From Cyanidioschyzon merolae (taxonomy: Eukaryota), in assembly GCA_000091205.1 (NCBI GenBank), contig AP006500.2: DNA of 64,000 nt. One strand, 5' to 3'. Both the position numbers and the translations under genes were made by a program. Positions 23,677 through 36,031 of the stretch are shown here, in pieces. Each line of letters begins with the position of its first letter. The first letter of the stretch is position 1. The notes below the pieces were generated by a model. It ran no database searches and had not been told where the DNA came from. It saw nothing but the letters and a program-made list of their open reading frames with translations.

Positions 23677-23968
23677 GATTGCGTTTTCCCACAGTCTGTG
23701 CGGATTTCTTGAAAATCTGCTCTTAATTCTATACAATCCTGCGCCTACCTTGAAGAGAATTCTAATACGAGACCCTCTTTAGGTGCTAGCGCACGTCTAC
23801 CACTACTATACGCGGAGCAAATCCAAACCAACACAGAAGAAGTTTGTCACAACAAACGGAAATGGCGCAATGCACGACGCAGACGCGTATGACTGGCAGG
23901 CGCTGCATCGCGAAAACGTCGCGATGCGTCGCGGCGCAGGCGGAGGCATCATCTGTGCTGGAGCATAA

Positions 23969-24188
23969 TGCGTGGTAAGTTTTATACAGGATTTGACAGG
24001 TACAATGAAGCGGACGTGCGTGATGCGTGACAAGTTTTATACAGGATTCGACAGGTACAATGAAGCGGACGTGCGTGATGCGTGACAAGTTTTATACAGG
24101 ATTTGACAGGTACAATGAAGCGGACGTGCGTGGTAAGTTTTATACAGGATTTGACAGGTACAATGAACCGGACGTGCGTGATGCTCAT
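23969..24188. repeat. 55-bp (48/55-bp variant) minisatellite, 4 units, in the divergent promoter region between the SDR and PPR genes
   Basis: Direct read: tgcgtgatgcgtgacaagttttatacaggatttgacaggtacaatgaagcggacg repeated, with two units lacking the 7-nt 'atgcgtg' insert. Confidence 0.85.
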
Positions 24189-25381
24189 GACGCAGAGCGC
24201 GTCTTATCGACAACAAGCATGAAATACTGGATTCAATGCTACGAACGCTTTTTTCCAGTCTGACTGACGGATTCTTTACGGTCTCGAATCGGTACAGGGA
24301 AGCGGGTACCCGTCCCGGACGTCCGTCCGCTGGCAGTGCCTGACCTGTCAACGTCACGTTTTCATCGACACTTACCCGGTCTATTGCCACCATAGCCGTA
24401 TCCACGGATAGAAGCTGGATACTACCGGTGAGGCTACCTGCCCGTTGCCCGCCGGCTAGCCGCTAGGTACGAGTTCGTGCAGCAGCTACGGCCCTACGTG
24501 CGACGGCATTCACTGGCAAACGCAGACAAAGGACTGGTGCTGATGCACCGCTATTCACGAACAAACGCAGCTGCAGAGCCGCTGAACAAGCCCTGCCCAA
24601 GCTGGTTGCTCGTCGACACCCGTGGCCGCGGCGTTCTGCGGCTCACACACCCGTGCAACCCCAGCGATGACACCATGTAGGTTTATGGCCTTTCAGGAAA
24701 CCTTGTTTGACGGGCACTGGCCTTATCAAGCCCCGTCCACAAACCACAAAACCCAATGCTTCGTAGATGCACGATGAATAACCACACTTCACGGAAGTAA
24801 GCGAATGAACCCCCCAGGGACATACCTTGCGCACATTAGGGCGTCGGCGTGATAACCTCTCGTCGACTGTCAAGTCGTCAGTTCATTCGCAAATACTTCC
24901 AGGTTCCAACCAGTCCTATAGTATCCCAAAATCTAACCAGACGCTTCCAGAGACGTCATCGCCGCACGTGACCTGGGAAGAGGAAGCCCGAAGAGCCCCT
25001 CACAGACGCCCCTACATGGCAATATTGAGGAAGCAATAACCTCAGCAGCGATCGCTCCTCCCGTTCGGAGGTACCCAGAAGCGGCCGTCGACGGCGACGG
25101 CATCGTCGACACGCCCTGCTGGAAACGCGAACGCAGGCATCGACGTACGCCACGAGCGATACGCAGTGAGCGCGTGTTCGCCTAGAGAAGACACTCCGCC
25201 TATCTGTTCGCGGAGTCCTCAGGTGACGGGAAATATCGTTTCTACTAGCAGTTCGCACCATCACAGCGTCCAGATTCTCTCGGATCATCGCGCAGAGAAC
25301 GTCGTGATCGGACAGGAACTCCAGGTGACTGCGCAGAGAACGGGTTTGTGAACGCGCCTACGAACACCTCCTACACGCTCA

Positions 25382-27685
25382 GTGAAAGGAGTGAGCGCAC
25401 AGGTTCACTTGTGTTCGATAGCAGATCTAGACTGTACAGGTTTTAGGCTGAAGAACACGTCGCAGATGCGCTCAAGCGTTGTGACGCTTAGCGGATGGGC
25501 GCTCAGGAACCTCAGGTTCGCATACCCGCGTAACAATGACGGAGTTCGCGTGCTGAAACGCTTTCTTGGCCGGGACCTCGCATCGAGACAGCTGATCCCG
25601 CATACGCGCTTTTTGGCGACAAGCGCAGATGGCTCTGCGTCTCTACCTGGGACGCAGAGCGCAGAAACACTCGCAGTTTCTGCTGAGAGTGAGGCGCTTC
25701 GGTCGGCCTTGGGGTTGCTGCGCAATCATCGGATCGCGGAAGCGCATCGCGTCGTACGGGAGCAACTCCTGGCCAATGGTCCTCTTCCCACAGAGGTCCG
25801 GCGAAAGATTATGTCAGCTGGATCGCGTAGTGGCGCAACTGCTCTGGTCGAAGAAGTGCTGGAGCGCACGGTATCGGAAACCGCGGAACCTTCTTCTTCT
25901 GTCTTCGATCACAATGCCGTTCTGCGAGCGTGTGAAGTCGCCATGGATCTTCATCGAGCGGAAAGAATTTTCAGTAATATGCCTGAACGAAATCATTACT
26001 CGTACGCGATCATGGCGGTAATCTACAGCAACGCTGGCCGCATGCGACATGCACTGGACATGGCTTCCAGGGCACTCGGTGGACTTGACCTGCACAAAGC
26101 ACTGGAGAAGTTGCCGTCTCAGACCAAATCCACCGCTGCCCCAGCAGATGCAGAGACCATCCCGGCTGCCGCCAGCGCCTCCGAGGAGCAGTCGGCCATG
26201 GAGGCCGAGGAGGAACCTGCGACGGCTGCCGAAGATCACCTGGAAGAAACGCCCTCAACGGCGACGGGTGCGCTCACCCCAGCCCAAAAGTCTTTCCTCA
26301 TGAGTCGCCTGATTGATTCCTCGTTGCGCTACCGCTACAACCACGTCGCACTCAACTTATTGCGTGTCATGCGAGAGGAGCTTAGAATGCGGCCGCGCTT
26401 GACAACGATTTCCAACTTGCTTGTCAGGTTATGCAATGCCAACAATGCGCAGGCCAGCTATGAACTGCTGAACGGTATTCGTCGGCCGGGCATATGGGCA
26501 ACACTACGCGGTGCGCGCCCGATAGAACTCGGTGTGTTGCTTCCGGCTCTGGGTTGCGCACTTCGAAACGACCACTATGCTCTTGGTGATCTGGCGTGGA
26601 ACGAGATCCAGAGTCGCTACTTGCCTGCCGAAAGGCAGATTGTTCTTGGATCCGTCTCGGCAGCCGGCGAGAAGAGCGCTAGCCAATCCCTCTTCGAAGT
26701 TCCTGACATATTCTTTTATACTCGCGCGAATCTGTTAGCGCGGCAAGACAGCAAGGAGTTCCAAAGCACGAAACCAGAGGAAGCAACAAGCAGTGCTCCC
26801 GCTGCGCAGCCGGCGCCAGGAACCGCAGACTCGAGTACCAGCACAGAGCCTCGAACCGAGGTTATCTTGAGTGAGCGGATGCGTTCGTGTTTCGAGCTAT
26901 TGCGGCTGTTGCATCACCGCAAGTATCAGCGTGTGCTGGGTCTGGACATCACCGTCGATGCAAGAGACACGGCGCCTCGGATAGAGCTACTTCGCGGAGT
27001 CGTGAATTCGCTCGCTTGCCACGTTGACCGGGTCGATGCTGCCCATTTCTTCCTGGAACATGAACTTGTTCGGGAAGCCGTGCCGAATACCGCCGCACCG
27101 CAGGCGCTGCTACCAGGAAAAATGGATCTTTTAGCTCCCTTGAATTGTGTCATTGCAGCGTCGTCGCAAATGGGAGACCTTGACCGCGCATTTCAAACCT
27201 ACGAAACCCTACAGGATCATGGTAAGAAACACCAGCTTGTTCCGAATATCGAGACTTTTAATGCGCTTTTGCTTGGATGCGGCAAGCAAGGTCACTGGGA
27301 GGCGGCCAAGCTTGTCCTGGAAAAGATCCAGGAAGAGCAGTTGAAGGCGACTGGCGAGACGCACGAGAAGATCCTCTACGTGATGCTTCGAGCGCGCCGT
27401 TTCCAGGAGGCCATCGAGTACCTGCGCCAGAACTCGAACCAGCCGAAGCATGCGGAGGACCAAGCGCGTGCAGGTCGCGCCCCCGTTCCTTTTACTGCTT
27501 ATCGAATGGTAGCGCGCATAGCGCTTCTTAGACCAGATGCTCCAGCGGTTGTGCGTGAATTGCAGCATCTTGCAGCACAGGCCGGCTACCATAATCTAGA
27601 TTTGACTCGGATACACTCGGCTCGTGCCCGCGAAGAACGTGGTGCTAGCAATGCAAGCGCCTCGGGAGTGAACCCATCATCGTGA
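25382..27685 (+). CDS. Pentatricopeptide-repeat-like helical-repeat protein, 767 aa, probably organelle-targeted
   Basis: Several ~35-aa degenerate PPR-type units (e.g. HNAVLRACEVAMDLHRAERIFSNMPERNHYSYAIMAVIYSNAGRMRHALDM; ETFNALLLGCGKQGHWEAAKLVLEKIQEE). No other family recognised; the start codon is uncertain. Confidence 0.6.
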   Translation: MKGVSAQVHLCSIADLDCTGFRLKNTSQMRSSVVTLSGWALRNLRFAYPRNNDGVRVLKRFLGRDLASRQLIPHTRFLATSADGSASLPGTQSAETLAVSAESEALRSALGLLRNHRIAEAHRVVREQLLANGPLPTEVRRKIMSAGSRSGATALVEEVLERTVSETAEPSSSVFDHNAVLRACEVAMDLHRAERIFSNMPERNHYSYAIMAVIYSNAGRMRHALDMASRALGGLDLHKALEKLPSQTKSTAAPADAETIPAAASASEEQSAMEAEEEPATAAEDHLEETPSTATGALTPAQKSFLMSRLIDSSLRYRYNHVALNLLRVMREELRMRPRLTTISNLLVRLCNANNAQASYELLNGIRRPGIWATLRGARPIELGVLLPALGCALRNDHYALGDLAWNEIQSRYLPAERQIVLGSVSAAGEKSASQSLFEVPDIFFYTRANLLARQDSKEFQSTKPEEATSSAPAAQPAPGTADSSTSTEPRTEVILSERMRSCFELLRLLHHRKYQRVLGLDITVDARDTAPRIELLRGVVNSLACHVDRVDAAHFFLEHELVREAVPNTAAPQALLPGKMDLLAPLNCVIAASSQMGDLDRAFQTYETLQDHGKKHQLVPNIETFNALLLGCGKQGHWEAAKLVLEKIQEEQLKATGETHEKILYVMLRARRFQEAIEYLRQNSNQPKHAEDQARAGRAPVPFTAYRMVARIALLRPDAPAVVRELQHLAAQAGYHNLDLTRIHSARAREERGASNASASGVNPSS

Positions 27686-29237
27686 GCGCTTTGCCGGCCG
27701 GATGCGGGATCCTTCGGAGCATCACTGCCCATGAGGAAAGATATTGCCCGCTACAACGGCAGTGTCGGTGGTGCCTCGCGCACTGCCGCTGTGCTTGTAT
27801 CCAAGGCGGTATCGCAGCCGCGAGTTGGCAGTGCGCCTCAAGAAGACCGTATGCATCCGCGGTTCGAGTATTCCAGATGTGCTCTAAAGGGATACACACC
27901 GGCTGTGGGCTTCTCTGGCCCTGCCAGATCATGCGGTTTGCACTTGTTTGATGAGAGACGAAACAGGTACCCGTTTCGTGTTTCATTCAGTGTCGCCGAC
28001 GGCAGAGACGCTCGTGATCGGGGCACCGCCGACTCAGTCCTACGATCCCGATGCAGCAGGTGCTGTTTCGATGCTCGCGCTAGTACGCTGGCGACTGCGT
28101 CGTTCAGCGTCGAGTTGCCGTTGTGCACGCCATGATGGACTCGTAGGCGCTGTGCTGCCAGGGCGCCTGGATGCAACGCATTCAGTAAAGCGACACGGGC
28201 GCTGGCCCAGTGTGCAACGCCTGTCGGATCCGGGCCCATCGTCAGTGCGGATGCCTTCTGCTTTGAATTGGGCACGGCGCTCTGGCGCTTTCCCTACGAG
28301 GCAAGGATCGATACGACCAGCGAGGACAAGCGCAGCGATCTGTGGTGGCATTGCGCCAGAGACCTGGAGTCAGCACACATCGCGTTTCAAAATGTGTATT
28401 TTGCTGTAAGCGTTGCTGCTCGGGGTACGCACGTCATGAATGCTCGACGGCGGCGATGCATCCTTGAGGTGTGGCACAGACACCAAGTCCAGCTGCTCGC
28501 GACGGCTGCTTTCGGGTTGTCGTGTATCTCCGCGTGCTGGCGGGATGCCGGTCACCTCCGACGTTATCGCTGGAAATTCGCCATTCTTGGGACAGGCCTG
28601 CGTCCTGTACGATGCACCTGGTCGTATGCAATCATTTGGTGCGGATGCAGTCCCACGAGGTGACATGAGCGCCCGCCAGTGCTTCGCCGCGGGAGTGTAA
28701 CCTGTGAAGCCCCAGTCACTGGAGCGTTCATTTCCGAGAGGTACCGCCCCGGGAATCCAGCTCAAGACGAGCTCTCGCCGCAGTCTATGTCGTCGTCGTC
28801 GTCGTCGTCATCTGAAGAACTGGAGTCACTGCTGCTCTCGATACTGTGTGGTTTGTGATAAATACAACATTTTTTCGACTTGCGCTTACAAGCGTGCTCG
28901 TTATCAACGGTATCGTCACTCCAACGGACGTGTCGTTCGGTGGACGACCGTACCTGCGGTCTCGCCCGTAGCCGCAACCGCAAAACAGGTGTCTCGACAA
29001 GCTCGGTGCGACTGGTAGCTGCTGCTGCGGTTAGGTGATTGTTTCCCGAAGTCATGCGCTGTTCGTGTTTTTACCACACCAAACGAGCGCACAGTCCCGT
29101 TCGTCAAGCGCCCGCCGGGGCTCCGCCAGTAGCCACTCTGTTTGGTGGTCGCGGTAACGAAGCGTCCGTGCTGTGTCCTTGACAAGACCTCCGTTCGGTA
29201 TCGCCAATAACAGAACGTTCTAAACCCTGGTGCTGGT

Positions 29238-29269
29238 ATGTATGTGTGTTGGTGTGTGTGTGTGTGTGT
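29238..29269. repeat. (TG)n imperfect dinucleotide microsatellite
   Basis: Direct read: tatgtatgtgtgttggtgtgtgtgtgtgtgtgtgtt. Confidence 0.85.
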
Positions 29270-29559
29270 TTGGAGCGTCTGCGCAACGCCAGAGCAGAAC
29301 GCGCTGGAAGCGCTGCCTGCGCGAAACGCGATGCCCACAATACCACACGTATCCGACGCAAGCGGAAACCCAAACTACTCGAGCTATGCCTGCATTTCGA
29401 TTTCCTTTCGAATGTTTTTTAGAAGAACTGTCTGGACGTTTCATGTGAAGCGATGAAGGCTTACGGATTCAGAAGTAGTTTTAGAACTGTCGATCTTCTT
29501 TTCAGAGTGACCCTTTCGAATCTTTGCTGTTGGAACCCTTGGTGTCACCGGAATCAAGA

Positions 29560-30400
29560 TGATTCGCGAAGCACTCGACCACAGAGTTGGGAAATAATCG
29601 GGATCATCATCTAGTTCATAGGTAAAGGCCTCTGGTCTTCTCCTTTCCTTACGTATAGCATGCCGAACCCGCGCATGGTACTCGTGTTCGATCTCTCCGT
29701 TTCAAGGCAGGTCGTAGGTGCAGCGATTCGAGCCGCTGGATTGACGAGGAAAATACTGGACGTCGTCGAATGAAGACTTGTACACAAGCTCATGGCGCAA
29801 GTTCACTGAACTTGTCATGAAAATGATGGATTTCATGTGAGAGACAAATTCTGCTTTCTTTGCGGTCCTCGATATGTCGGCATTCGACAACAGAAAGAGA
29901 GCTCGCACAGGATGTATGCGGCCAGAGGCACCTGTCTCTTCTGTTTGCATGGAAAGGGGTTCTTGGGTTCGGACTTTGATGATCGCAGCTTTCGCTTCGA
30001 TTTGCGTATGCATCAGCGCTTTGCATGGAGCGAGCGTAACCGGACCGACACTTCTCGACGTGGTCCCTGGTCTGCACTTTCCATCCGGTAATTGGCTCAT
30101 CATTTGACAACATCGCGCTCCATAATAATCCTCTGTCGAATGAGACAACTTGCACTTTCATGTGTGGCGGACGCAGCACTCGTCAGCGGGATCGTTCATT
30201 GTAAGCTCGTGATCGTGGCGTACCGCACAGGGCGCGGAAACGAAGATGCGTATCAAGCGGAGCCTTCTGAACCCGTCAAGCGCATCCATTGAGCAATAAA
30301 GCACCGCAGGAGGATGTCCGGAGAAGGATTCGTGGCGGACATGCCGCCATACTTGACCACGGCCAAGTGTCATCGCTGCAAAGTGTACACCTATTCTGTA
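29560..30400 (+). repeat. Dispersed intergenic repeat family, copy E (partial, approximate limits)
   Basis: gttcactgaacttgtcatgaaaatgatggatttcatgtgag is homologous to attcagtgaccttttcacatgagattgtcagcg (47130) and to the ..tttcgacatgagcttgag.. block of copies D and B. The ORF 29702..30148(-) translation ...SSVNLRHELVYKSSFDDVQY parallels ...SSVNFRHELEKKSSRDDVEY from copy D, consistent with DNA-level homology. Confidence 0.5.
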
Positions 30401-31513
30401 TAAAAAAATGAAAATGTCACGTTAAGAGTGTATTACAACTTCCACCTGTGTATGAAATACGTCCACAATAGCCGTCCGTTGCGAAATCGAGACGAGAACG
30501 CTGCGATCAACATCCTCCCACGACTGACATCGCAGCCCGAAGGTCAGAAGGGACCGGTGGATGTTTCGAGCCAGAGATGCGAGATAGGAGAAGGAAACAG
30601 TCGCAGAATCCTTCTCCGACTGTCCCCTATTGATGGTAGCTGGGAGAGACCCAAACCTCAGCATGTTCGCCCGAGGTCGCTGACAAGAGGATCTCTCCAT
30701 GCGATTCCAACAACGGTGTAGGCCTGCAACGAAGCGCGCGTCTCGCTGCCGACGTGAAGATACGGACCTTCATCGAGAACAAGCTGCAGCGTCCATCGCA
30801 CCGCATTACACAGCGGACGAGCAACGACATCAGTTCAGAGCTGATGGGGCCCTGAATTCCAGATGGGCGCATCTACGACCATGAGCTGGATACGTCCACG
30901 GAGGTCGTCCCTGAAAACACGCCTAGCATCTGGAACTTCTCTTTGTCGATCTTTCGGATCAAACAAGAAGAGCGCATGGTTTGCTCTCACCTCCATTGTT
31001 TTGATATCCCCCAGCAGCATTTCTCATGCCGATTGCATCCTACGGTGCTGCAGCTCCCCCGACTCCGAGCCGATGACCTGGAGTACGTTTCACACCGGCA
31101 ACCTCCGAGCTTCTGTTGGGATCACGTGACAAAGGCTATGCGGGGAATCCTCTCGCCTTCGTACTCCTATTTCATCTCACTTGAACGAATACCAATGATC
31201 CAGAGGGTTGCAGGTACCCGTATACAGGGTTCTGGCCAGCGCCAACGCAGCGGCATTGGATGCAGCGAGGCGGCACCGGTCGGTACACCTCCGGGAGCGT
31301 TCATACTCGTCGAGCTGGCTGGCTGGCTGGCTGGCTCGCTGCCTCATTGTTTTGTTCGTTGTTTGAACTCTTGGTTTCGTATTTGATAAGCTGGACGTGA
31401 TCTTCAGGACTGGACGAGGCGTTACCGCACTAGCCGCAAGCACGGAGCGGACTGCTGCTCGCGTCTCTCGCAGCGAGGTTGCACGTTCGGGCGCTTGAGC
31501 CGGCCTTTACGCT

Positions 31514-32719
31514 ATGCAAGCGCTGCAGCAGCTTACATGGGGTTTCGAGCATCGACAGGCAGATGTCGTAGAACATGCGCTCGAACAACTCTTCAATGAC
31601 GCTCAATCGAGCCAACAAGCAGCCCTGATTCTGGATCAAAATCGTAGCAACAACTGGGCGACGCTGGTATGGCACTGGAGTCGTGCTGCAACGACCTGGC
31701 ACACTGTGGCGCGTTCGGACGCTTCAGTTGCACAGATTTTTCAAGAGCTGAAGAACGCTTTATCAAGTCTCTATGACGAAATGCGCAACGAGAACAGCGG
31801 CAACTGGTTTGTCCCTATTGCAGCGCTGCTCTGCCGATACCTCGTCCAGTGCGCTGCTCGCGTCCAGGTGGAGCGCTCGGACCCGCTGCGCACGGATCGC
31901 GACCGTAGAGCGCGTCTCGCTGAGGCAGAAACAATCATTAAAAGAGGGTTGGCACTCATGATCAATGACAGAAGTGCAGAGATATCGGAGTCGAAGAAGC
32001 TTGGCGCCCTCGGCATGATCGTGTACCTGCTCCGTATCTACTTTGCGTTGAACAATTTGCGCATGTGCGCTAGCCTTGTCCGGACGGTGGAGTCACCGGG
32101 ATTCCCGCCATTAGATGACGCGTTTCCTCTCGACCAACGGGTGACTTATCACTACTTTGTGGGACGCATCGCGCTGTACGAGGATCGGTACGTGGAAGCG
32201 GAAACGCATCTCGCATTCGCGGCTCACCACTGCCCCGTGCGATACGAACGCAACCGTAAGCGGATATGGACGTATCTCGTACCGGTGCGACTGCTGCAGG
32301 GTCGTTTGCCCAGCGTCCGGCTCCTTCGTAAGTACGGACTACGTGTGTATGAACGGCTGCGTGAAGCTGTTATCTATGGGGATATTCGACAATTCGATGA
32401 TGTACTGCGTAGACATGGTGAATTCTTCATTCAAAGCGGCCTGCTTTTCACGGTTGAAAAACTTCGTCTGATTGTGTATCGGAATCGGTTTCGCGTTGCG
32501 GTTCGTTTACTGAATTCGACTCGCATACCGTTGGCGGCCCTGCAGTGCGCCTTAACGGATCCGAAACCCGCACTTGATGAGCTGGAGTGCCTGGTCGCGA
32601 ATCTGATCTATCGCGGCTTTATTCGCGGGTACGTCTCTCACCAGAAGAAATACCTTGTGACGAGTGCAAAAGACGCTTTTCCGGATATAGCACGAGTTTC
32701 ACCTGGTGTGCTGCGCTGA
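31514..32719 (+). CDS. PCID2: PCI-domain protein, PCID2/CSN12/Thp1-like, 401 aa
   Basis: C-terminal winged-helix end LVANLIYRGFIRGYVSHQKKYLVTSAKDAFP matches the conserved C-terminal signature of Csn12/PCID2 (...IKGYISHQ..LVVSK...PFP). Size (~400 aa) and the helical TPR-like N-half fit. Confidence 0.78.
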   Translation: MQALQQLTWGFEHRQADVVEHALEQLFNDAQSSQQAALILDQNRSNNWATLVWHWSRAATTWHTVARSDASVAQIFQELKNALSSLYDEMRNENSGNWFVPIAALLCRYLVQCAARVQVERSDPLRTDRDRRARLAEAETIIKRGLALMINDRSAEISESKKLGALGMIVYLLRIYFALNNLRMCASLVRTVESPGFPPLDDAFPLDQRVTYHYFVGRIALYEDRYVEAETHLAFAAHHCPVRYERNRKRIWTYLVPVRLLQGRLPSVRLLRKYGLRVYERLREAVIYGDIRQFDDVLRRHGEFFIQSGLLFTVEKLRLIVYRNRFRVAVRLLNSTRIPLAALQCALTDPKPALDELECLVANLIYRGFIRGYVSHQKKYLVTSAKDAFPDIARVSPGVLR

Positions 32720-35700
32720 TACGCGAGCCACCTTCCGAAGCTGCATCTTCGTCTCCCATGCCGATGACATGGAGATGGATCGGTGAATCGGCAGCGCATC
32801 CGGGGGCCTTCAACCGCTCGCAGTGCGCTATCAAACAGAAACTGCGGATCACGCACGACGTGTTCGATTCATGTTTTCGTCGTGTATGCGATGTGGCGAC
32901 GCTGCTATCGTGTCGTGACGCGTCTAACAGGAACGCGTGTCCAGTCGATGAAAGTTTCCGCATTGGGCAGAGCGCGCTGGCGGGCGATCTCCGTTGCATG
33001 ACCCTCGTTTGCACCGACTTGGTATACGGATCTGGATGCAACTGTTCGGCCATGCTTGATGCGGTGATTTCGATTCCCCATGCCCAGACTCGCGTTAATG
33101 AAGCGGGAAAGTGAGAACGCCTCTTTCCGGCAAATCGGCGGATGATTCCGGGAGAATGGAGTGAGACAGTTTTCCCTGGAGTGACCGTTGCGGGCAGTCG
33201 TTTGCAGGCCAACGTACGTGCTGTGCGAGTCCTCGTGGGCGTCGTTTTTTATCCTGATGAATCGAGGTGACGATATACTTCAGGTACTGGGGACAGCGAA
33301 TGTCAAGAGCACCTCGGCAGCAGCTGCTCTTGGACCATACTCGGTAGTTTCCAAAAACGGAACAATGATATCGTTCTCCAGTAGGCCTGGAAACCCGTTC
33401 GCGGTGTATGCGTACAGTGTACCAGCTCTGGTGGACTCCTGAATGGTACCATACGTGTGCCTCGTCCCAGGTGGGAACAAACGCCCGCCTGTACTAGGCA
33501 CAGATTTTTGCATCAAAAGTCTTCCTCGATTCAGCACAACGCACATTCGGGGTAGCAAACGATTCTCTCAAAGGTTCGCTCGATACAAAGCTTCTGGACG
33601 CTCCAATAGCGCGATTCATTTCCGCATGTTGATCGCGGCGCCCAAGTCTCGGTGCAGAAAGCGCCTGCGCGCATTGCGACTGGTATTAGAATCACGTCAT
33701 CGCAAACCTGTTACAAGCGATTGCCTCGCGAGCTGACGTTCGGTCAGCATACCGTATACCAACTCGGTCAACCGGCTCTGTTTCATTGTCTGCGTCTGGG
33801 CCTGCTTCAGCGAGAACCTGTGCTCGTGTTGCGTGTATGCCGTCCTCAGCGCATCGATGGGCATAGTACAGAATCGATTTCTCCATTCGTAATCGGCTCT
33901 CGTTGAAGATGCAAGCGTGCAGGCCCTGCGCGCTACAGCAAGTCTAGCGCGATGCACGGCCATAAAACTAGGCGGCTGGTCGGTCATAGCCCTTTCCAAC
34001 ACGTGGGAAAATGCTGGCGAATGAACGTATCATACCCCTGTACAACCGCAGCAGCTGGCGACCCCAGCGCGAACGCATGTACTCCTGCCAAAGATCGTCT
34101 GTGTGGGTCGTTCCGACGCTCGTGTACGATCTGAACGAACGGAATGTGGGATCCCTTCCTGTCCAATACGACGCTCAGTGCGTCAAGAATGGGGCCCCGG
34201 CGCTGTCACTCGGCGCGGTGGTGTGCCCGCTGACCACCATGACCATCATTATCACCACGCCCGATTCCCGATGATGCCGAACCCTGGAAAAATTAAGCAA
34301 CTTCATCTGCTTTTCGTAGAGGTATTTGGTGTCATCCTTTTGATAATGAGTCATTGCGATCACCATGATGTTTTCCAAAGCCCGGGTCGAAACTCATTCC
34401 CAAGTCTGGGACCTCATCCACCTCGCTGCGTGGAAAATGAGTATCGCTGCTGGACGCTGGCACGGAATTCACATGCTGCATGCAGATGATCACGCGGGAG
34501 GTCCCCGTGGTCGCTGTGAACTTCTATCCATATCCACGCTGTAAACGAGACGCCTCGGACGAGCTCCCGCGATGCACTTTGCAACCTTGTTCCAATAGTT
34601 CATACTCGCTTGCAGGGACGAGATGCTTCTTTGTCTTCTTTTTTCTTCACGAGTTGGAATGGGTTTGGTCGCTGTACTCTATTCTCGTTTCCTCCTTGGG
34701 ATTCAGACGGACTTGCTCCACGCTGAAACTGACACTAGCCTCTTCTATGTAAATATCCACTATTCCTCAAGAATCTTTTTGTCATGTTTTAAGCAGCGAG
34801 CGCGCTCACGGGCTGAAGCGCGCTTTCCGTCTCGTCCCAGCGTACAGGAAGAGGAGCAACAGAGCCGTTCAGGGCTGCTCAAGGCTGGGAGCCACTTGTC
34901 GATGAAGCTCAGTGGCACAGATGCGAGAGACTTGCCTATCGATCCGTGAGCATAGCCATAGCGGTTCACAACAATGAAGACGACTCCAACTGCATGGTGC
35001 CGGTGAGTATAGGCTTGTACGAAGACGAGCTCGACACGAATCACAACTGCCTTCTCATCGACTGCTATTAACCGCTGGAAAATGGGGTTTTCTAACAGAA
35101 GAGCAGAAGCGTATGGGATCGCAACACCTCGAGGAGTTCTTCAACGAAGGTTGCGATGTAGAGCGCTCCTGTCAGTTTGGCGACTTGTGGCCGACCATGC
35201 GACTGAATCGCACCCGGGGCTGACGATGACGTCACTGCCACTTGTCTCTATTTTACGACCTGCGATTTGTCGCTCTTTGAGAATCCAAATGCTGGTCTAC
35301 CATTGCTCCCGAATACAGTCTCAGCAGGCGAGACGAGCACCCGTTTCTCATGCGAGAGAGTTTTGCGGTTCCGTACGACATCGATCGTGCGCTGTTCAAC
35401 GCAAGACCATCGCTCAGAGAACCGCGCATTTCCCCCCAGTCCATCGGTGTCTCTTCATCACCGCTCGTATGACCAGGACGGAAATTTCACATCCTCTGGA
35501 TTGTTTCGTAGTATTTTATCTGAGAACATCTGGAACGGAATGGACTGTCGATGAGGAGGTCGTTTAATTAGAGTTTGATACGTTCGGTTTTGGGCACTCA
35601 TTGTTCAGGATACCGACCAATAGAGTGGTGATTCATTCACCTGCTGACCCTGGAATATCTGGCTCAGACCATTGCAACCCATTTTCCGAAAACGGCCTGT

Positions 35701-36031
35701 GACGGCATAATTCCTTTCCGCGACCTTTCTCCCATCTACAGAAAACATGTCGTCACTTGAATACCTGCGAGAAAAAATCAAACCAAAACAACAAGGCGTC
35801 CTAGTACAGGTATTCTGGAACTCACCGTCCTGAGTATATCGGCATTGCACAAGATCGGGGCGCTGTCGTTGGAAAAATGTCAATGTCCGTCTTGGCACTG
35901 GAATCAGCTCGACAGAAATCGAGCTTGGCTCGCCTGCTGCGTCGGAGCCAGCAGCGAATAAATATGAAAATGCCCGAAAAGGCATCCCAGGTTGCGGGTC
36001 GTTTGTTGCCACTTTCGCTTCGAGCTGATCT

